A DNA stretch of 22,270 nt, taken from positions 1 to 22,270 of the forward strand of contig JBFFUI010000038.1 in the NCBI GenBank assembly GCA_041571435.1, read 5' to 3'. Under the pieces are notes generated by a model that was not told where the DNA came from, made no database searches, and saw nothing but the letters and a program-made list of their open reading frames with translations. Of the stretch, positions 19,383 through 22,270 are shown one piece after another. Position 1 is the stretch's first letter, and each line of letters starts with the position of its first letter. The stretch comes from Sulfurimonadaceae bacterium (GTDB lineage Bacteria; Campylobacterota; Campylobacteria; Campylobacterales; Sulfurimonadaceae). The translations under genes and the position numbers were made by a program.

Positions 19383-19440
19383 TTTTAACGCCGAGCTAAA
19401 GCGACCGCTGGAGCGGTGCAGTTTGAGCGTTTTGTTATGC
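19383..19440 (-). repeat. attC site 1 (58 bp, classical 59-base-element type)
   Basis: GCATAAC-AAAAC-GCTCAAAC-TGCACCGCTCCAGCGGTCG-CTTTAGC-TCGGC-GTTAAAA, directly after the stop codon. Confidence 0.88.
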
Positions 19441-19983
19441 TTATACTTCATCATCAAGCTTCATATTGTTGAGAATGACCTCGCCATATCTCCATGCATC
19501 ATCCCAATCCTCTGGTTTAGCCTCAAATATTATTAGGAATAAAGTGTCTTTCTTGTCATTTGCTATCAATATGTAATGTAATATTTTCACTTTATCCTGC
19601 ACTCGCACACCATAACCTTTAAATGGTCCTGCCTCAACAAGCCAAGGTTTAACTATTACCTTGTTTTTTTCTTTCTGAGCGGCGAGAGTTATAAATTTGT
19701 GAGCATATAGTGATGCGGCGTCTCCAGTTTTAGCTGATATTCCTTTGATAACATTTACTGTAAGCCCCGTTTGGAATACGCCATTTTTATCAATATCCTC
19801 CTTAGTTATGAAAACTGCATATGTATTACCTTTGTTTTCTCTTTTTACAAACCAATCTTTAGGGGATAAAAAATCTGACTCTCCAGGCCCAGATGACGAC
19901 CATAAAAAGTCATTAGATAATTCTTCTGAGTATGTGCTCATACTAAATAGTAGAGTTAAAATAAATGTAATTGCTATCTTCAT
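19441..19983 (-). CDS. Cassette ORF: secreted hypothetical protein, possibly Mog1/PsbP-like fold
   Basis: Signal peptide; F..P.DW near the N-terminus and a C-terminal strand-helix (LIIFEA...W...GEVILNNMKL); RBS AAGGAG just after GTTATGC. Confidence 0.75.
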   Translation of the reverse strand: MKIAITFILTLLFSMSTYSEELSNDFLWSSSGPGESDFLSPKDWFVKRENKGNTYAVFITKEDIDKNGVFQTGLTVNVIKGISAKTGDAASLYAHKFITLAAQKEKNKVIVKPWLVEAGPFKGYGVRVQDKVKILHYILIANDKKDTLFLIIFEAKPEDWDDAWRYGEVILNNMKLDDEV

Positions 19984-19993
19984 ATGAATCTCC

Positions 19994-20578
19994 TTATTGC
20001 ATAACGTTTAAAATGATTGGTTCCTTTGTGTTGTTATGCTTTTGCACTTTAATTTTCGCAGATTCATAAGATTCAAGCATCTTTTTGAACATTGGTACCA
20101 CATATTCGTAATTGGCTTTTGAGAATGCGCTTACGACGATGACGACAACATGGCTGTCCTCTTGAATATAGGCGATTGATTCATATGGCTGCTGTCTGGA
20201 ACTAGGGTTTATAAACTCTTTTACGGCGATTGAATTTCCTGCTTTTGATTTGAAATACTCTGTCTTGGAAACTGTAAGCTTGGGTGCTTCATCTTTGAAT
20301 CTTTTAACATCTTCTTCGATTGCAGAATTAACGGTTTTGTTTTTAAATACTGTCGAATAAATTACGGCAGGTGCATCATTGAAATTAAAACCGTTTGGAA
20401 TTAGAAAAAATATTGTTCCAAAACGCTTTGAAGTATCGGGATCATTATTAAATTCATTCGGCATATTTACCCAGTAAGAACTATCTTCAAAATAGCCGAG
20501 GATTGATTTCTCATTTTCTTGCGCTTGCGTAAATGTACATGCGAACACTATTGTCAATAATATGATGACTTTTTTCAT
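19994..20578 (-). CDS. Cassette ORF: secreted hypothetical protein, possibly Mog1/PsbP-like; reads through attC2
   Basis: MKKVIILL...AQ signal peptide, ATG at 20578 with RBS AAGGAAG; C-terminal VVIVVSA...Y....PMFKKMLESY. Confidence 0.75.
   Translation of the reverse strand: MKKVIILLTIVFACTFTQAQENEKSILGYFEDSSYWVNMPNEFNNDPDTSKRFGTIFFLIPNGFNFNDAPAVIYSTVFKNKTVNSAIEEDVKRFKDEAPKLTVSKTEYFKSKAGNSIAVKEFINPSSRQQPYESIAYIQEDSHVVVIVVSAFSKANYEYVVPMFKKMLESYESAKIKVQKHNNTKEPIILNVMQ
19999..20039 (-). repeat. attC site 2 (41 bp, internally deleted)
   Basis: GCATAACAACACAAAGGAACCAAT-CATTTTAAACGTTATGC; both ends align with attC3, and 28 central nt are missing. Confidence 0.72.
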
Positions 20579-20592
20579 CGATCTTCCTTTAA

Positions 20593-20661
20593 GCATAACG
20601 TTTGAAATGAGCCAATAAATTTCCAGCAGGGTAATTTATTGGCTCCACTGATTTGTTATGC
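20593..20661 (-). repeat. attC site 3 (69 bp)
   Basis: GCATAAC-AAATC-AGTGGAGCCAATAAATT...AATTTATTGGCTCATT-TCAAAC-GTTATGC. Confidence 0.9.
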
Positions 20662-20667
20662 AAGTTG

Positions 20668-21042
20668 TTAAATGCAAAATATTTTTTCTACCCATTCGTC
20701 TTTCTCAAATGGACCGTGAATTGATTTGAAACAACCTTTGCTTTCATGAATATCTCTTTTCAAATCTGTAGCAACCCAATCTACAGTACAAATTACTTTG
20801 TTTGTTTCTAAAATTACACCTTTTATTATTCCTATATGGTAAATTTTAATCCCTGATTGACCTTGACCTTTCATTCTTTTGATTGCTATTCTATCACCTA
20901 TTTTTATTTTTGATGCTCTGGCATATTGATCTGGTTGGTCTCCCTTTTCCCAGCCAAGCATCCAATATCCTTCCTCAACAAATTTTTTATCTTGATGTTC
21001 AACTCCACCCCAAGATGCTCCAACAACCCAATAATTTATCAT
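20668..21042 (-). CDS. Cassette ORF: Trp-rich hypothetical protein, possibly PUA/EVE-like domain
   Basis: YWVVGA.W...FVEEGYW.LGW...IKIGDRIAIK...IGII...VDW pattern; RBS GGGAG. Confidence 0.7.
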   Translation of the reverse strand: MINYWVVGASWGGVEHQDKKFVEEGYWMLGWEKGDQPDQYARASKIKIGDRIAIKRMKGQGQSGIKIYHIGIIKGVILETNKVICTVDWVATDLKRDIHESKGCFKSIHGPFEKDEWVEKIFCI

Positions 21043-21074
21043 TTGTGTCTCCCTAAATATAGATTCATAAGTTG

Positions 21075-21260
21075 TTAAACTTTTTTAATTTCAACTACAT
21101 CAACTTCTTTATTTTTATATGTTGAATTACTGTTTTTGAATTTATTAATGGCTAGTTGCATAGCTGTTGTTTCGTTCTCTGCATCGACTGTGATACTTTG
21201 AGAATTGTGTTTGTATTTATCAGGATCGCCATATTTTATTTTCACTCGATAATTTGCCAT
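21075..21260 (-). CDS. Cassette ORF: 61-aa hypothetical protein
   Basis: MANYRVKIKY...ITVDAENETTAMQLAINKFK; ATG at 21260 with RBS AAGGA just after GTTATGC. Confidence 0.7.
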   Translation of the reverse strand: MANYRVKIKYGDPDKYKHNSQSITVDAENETTAMQLAINKFKNSNSTYKNKEVDVVEIKKV

Positions 21261-21274
21261 TTTATTTTCCTTGT

Positions 21275-21346
21275 GCATAACGTTTAAAATGAGCAATCAA
21301 AAAGCCGCCCGCGGGTTTTTGATTGGTCTCCTCTGATTTGTTAGAT
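21275..21346 (-). repeat. attC site 4 (72 bp)
   Basis: ATCTAAC-AAATC-AGAGGAGACCAATCAAAAA...TTTTTGATTGCTCATT-TTAAAC-GTTATGC. Confidence 0.9.
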
Positions 21347-21369
21347 GTGAATAGAATTATCATACAATC

Positions 21370-22270
21370 TCATGCATTCAAAAGCTTATGTATGGTTATC
21401 TCAAAAGATACAAAGACAACGGCAAGAATCGCCAAAAGAGTGTTCTCTTTAAAGCGTGGAGCTTTATTCAATTGGAGTTTTAAAAAACTCGCTTCTCTAT
21501 TCAAAATATAGATAAACCAGATAGGGATACTGAAGGCAACTAAACTTTGAGGCTGTAAGCTAAAAGATATTGTATTACGTACAATGATTATTGCATAATT
21601 GACAATTGCAAAATATACCAAGAACAGCATAATCCAACGCATCCATTTGTTACGCAATAGCAGTCCGGCTCCAACAATCATACTCATAAGAACTACTAGT
21701 ATTCGAAGATAGGGATTTCCCATAACCGAGGAAGGAAAAAGCAATTGTACATAAATGGCACCGAAAGAGTGACTGTTGATTATGAAATATGGGAAGATAC
21801 AAATCATAAATAGGCTGACAAACCAGAGAAGATCAATAGTATTGCTGTTTGTTGACGTCTCCATTTGAGAAACATTCGTGTCTTCGAAAGTCTTCTTGCG
21901 ATTGGTATAGAGCTTATAAGCACCGTACAGTAATCCAAGAGGAAGGGAAATGACAGGCATAATAACAAACAAAGCCCAAAAGCCAAACAATTGACCGGTA
22001 GCGCCTCCCATTATCGGGTAAAGGGTTATATTTATAAATGTTACAACAGCGAGCAGCAGGACACTCATGGCAATAATATATAATTTATTTTTAAGTTTGA
22101 AGAACTCAATTAGCCATGAAAAAATAAGTGCATAGAGAGGAAATAGTAAACTGAATCCAAGGTAATTGTTATAAAAACTACCCCCGGGTAAAAATATGTT
22201 TTGAACGATAAGACCTATCGAAGCGAGAACTATAAGTTCCAAAGAGAGAGAACGAATCAGAGAACGGATA
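21370..22270 (-). CDS. Cassette ORF: polytopic membrane hypothetical protein (5' end outside window)
   Basis: About 9 hydrophobic segments; the frame stays open from 22242 to the window edge. Confidence 0.75.
   Translation of the reverse strand, partial: IRSLIRSLSLELIVLASIGLIVQNIFLPGGSFYNNYLGFSLLFPLYALIFSWLIEFFKLKNKLYIIAMSVLLLAVVTFINITLYPIMGGATGQLFGFWALFVIMPVISLPLGLLYGAYKLYTNRKKTFEDTNVSQMETSTNSNTIDLLWFVSLFMICIFPYFIINSHSFGAIYVQLLFPSSVMGNPYLRILVVLMSMIVGAGLLLRNKWMRWIMLFLVYFAIVNYAIIIVRNTISFSLQPQSLVAFSIPIWFIYILNREASFLKLQLNKAPRFKENTLLAILAVVFVSFEITIHKLLNA

Larger units (their letters stand above)
19383..22270 (-). mobile_element. Integron gene-cassette array (distal end; intI/attI not in window)
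   Basis: Co-oriented AT-rich ORFs separated by imperfect palindromes bounded by TAAC...GTTA core sites. Confidence 0.88.

Noticed and set aside
20579-21296. Longer starts for cassette ORFs at 20596 and 21296
   Set aside because: These ATGs lie inside attC sites. The downstream ATGs at 20578 and 21260 have proper RBS.
19383-21346. CRISPR array or simple terminators as the explanation for the repeats
   Set aside because: The repeats are separated by whole genes, vary in length and have attC core geometry. No cas genes are present.

Overview
Bacterial chromosomal window, most likely from a Campylobacterota (Sulfurimonas/Sulfurovum-like) organism, judged from the cinA / ileS-small ORF-gatA-guaB ... 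xseB-CN-hydrolase gene order and the protein sequences. 1-7230 holds housekeeping and envelope genes: YigZ, DMT transporter, EI24-like, DUF429-like, outer-membrane beta-barrel, acylphosphatase, MBL-fold lipoprotein, HI0933 flavoprotein and a stand-alone PAS protein. 7702-8238 is a six-tRNA operon (Lys-Asp-Val-Glu-Val-Asp) on the minus strand, with a structurally atypical tRNA-Glu and a duplicated tRNA-Asp 3' end. 8314-19369 carries cinA, a probable 6S RNA, ileS, a 36-aa membrane ORF, gatA, guaB, RDD, metY, metX (no canonical start codon for its conserved N-terminus), xseB and a catalytically degenerate CN-hydrolase. 19383-22270 is an AT-rich integron gene-cassette array with four attC sites and five ORFs of unknown function. 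It runs off the right edge, and no integrase is visible in the window.
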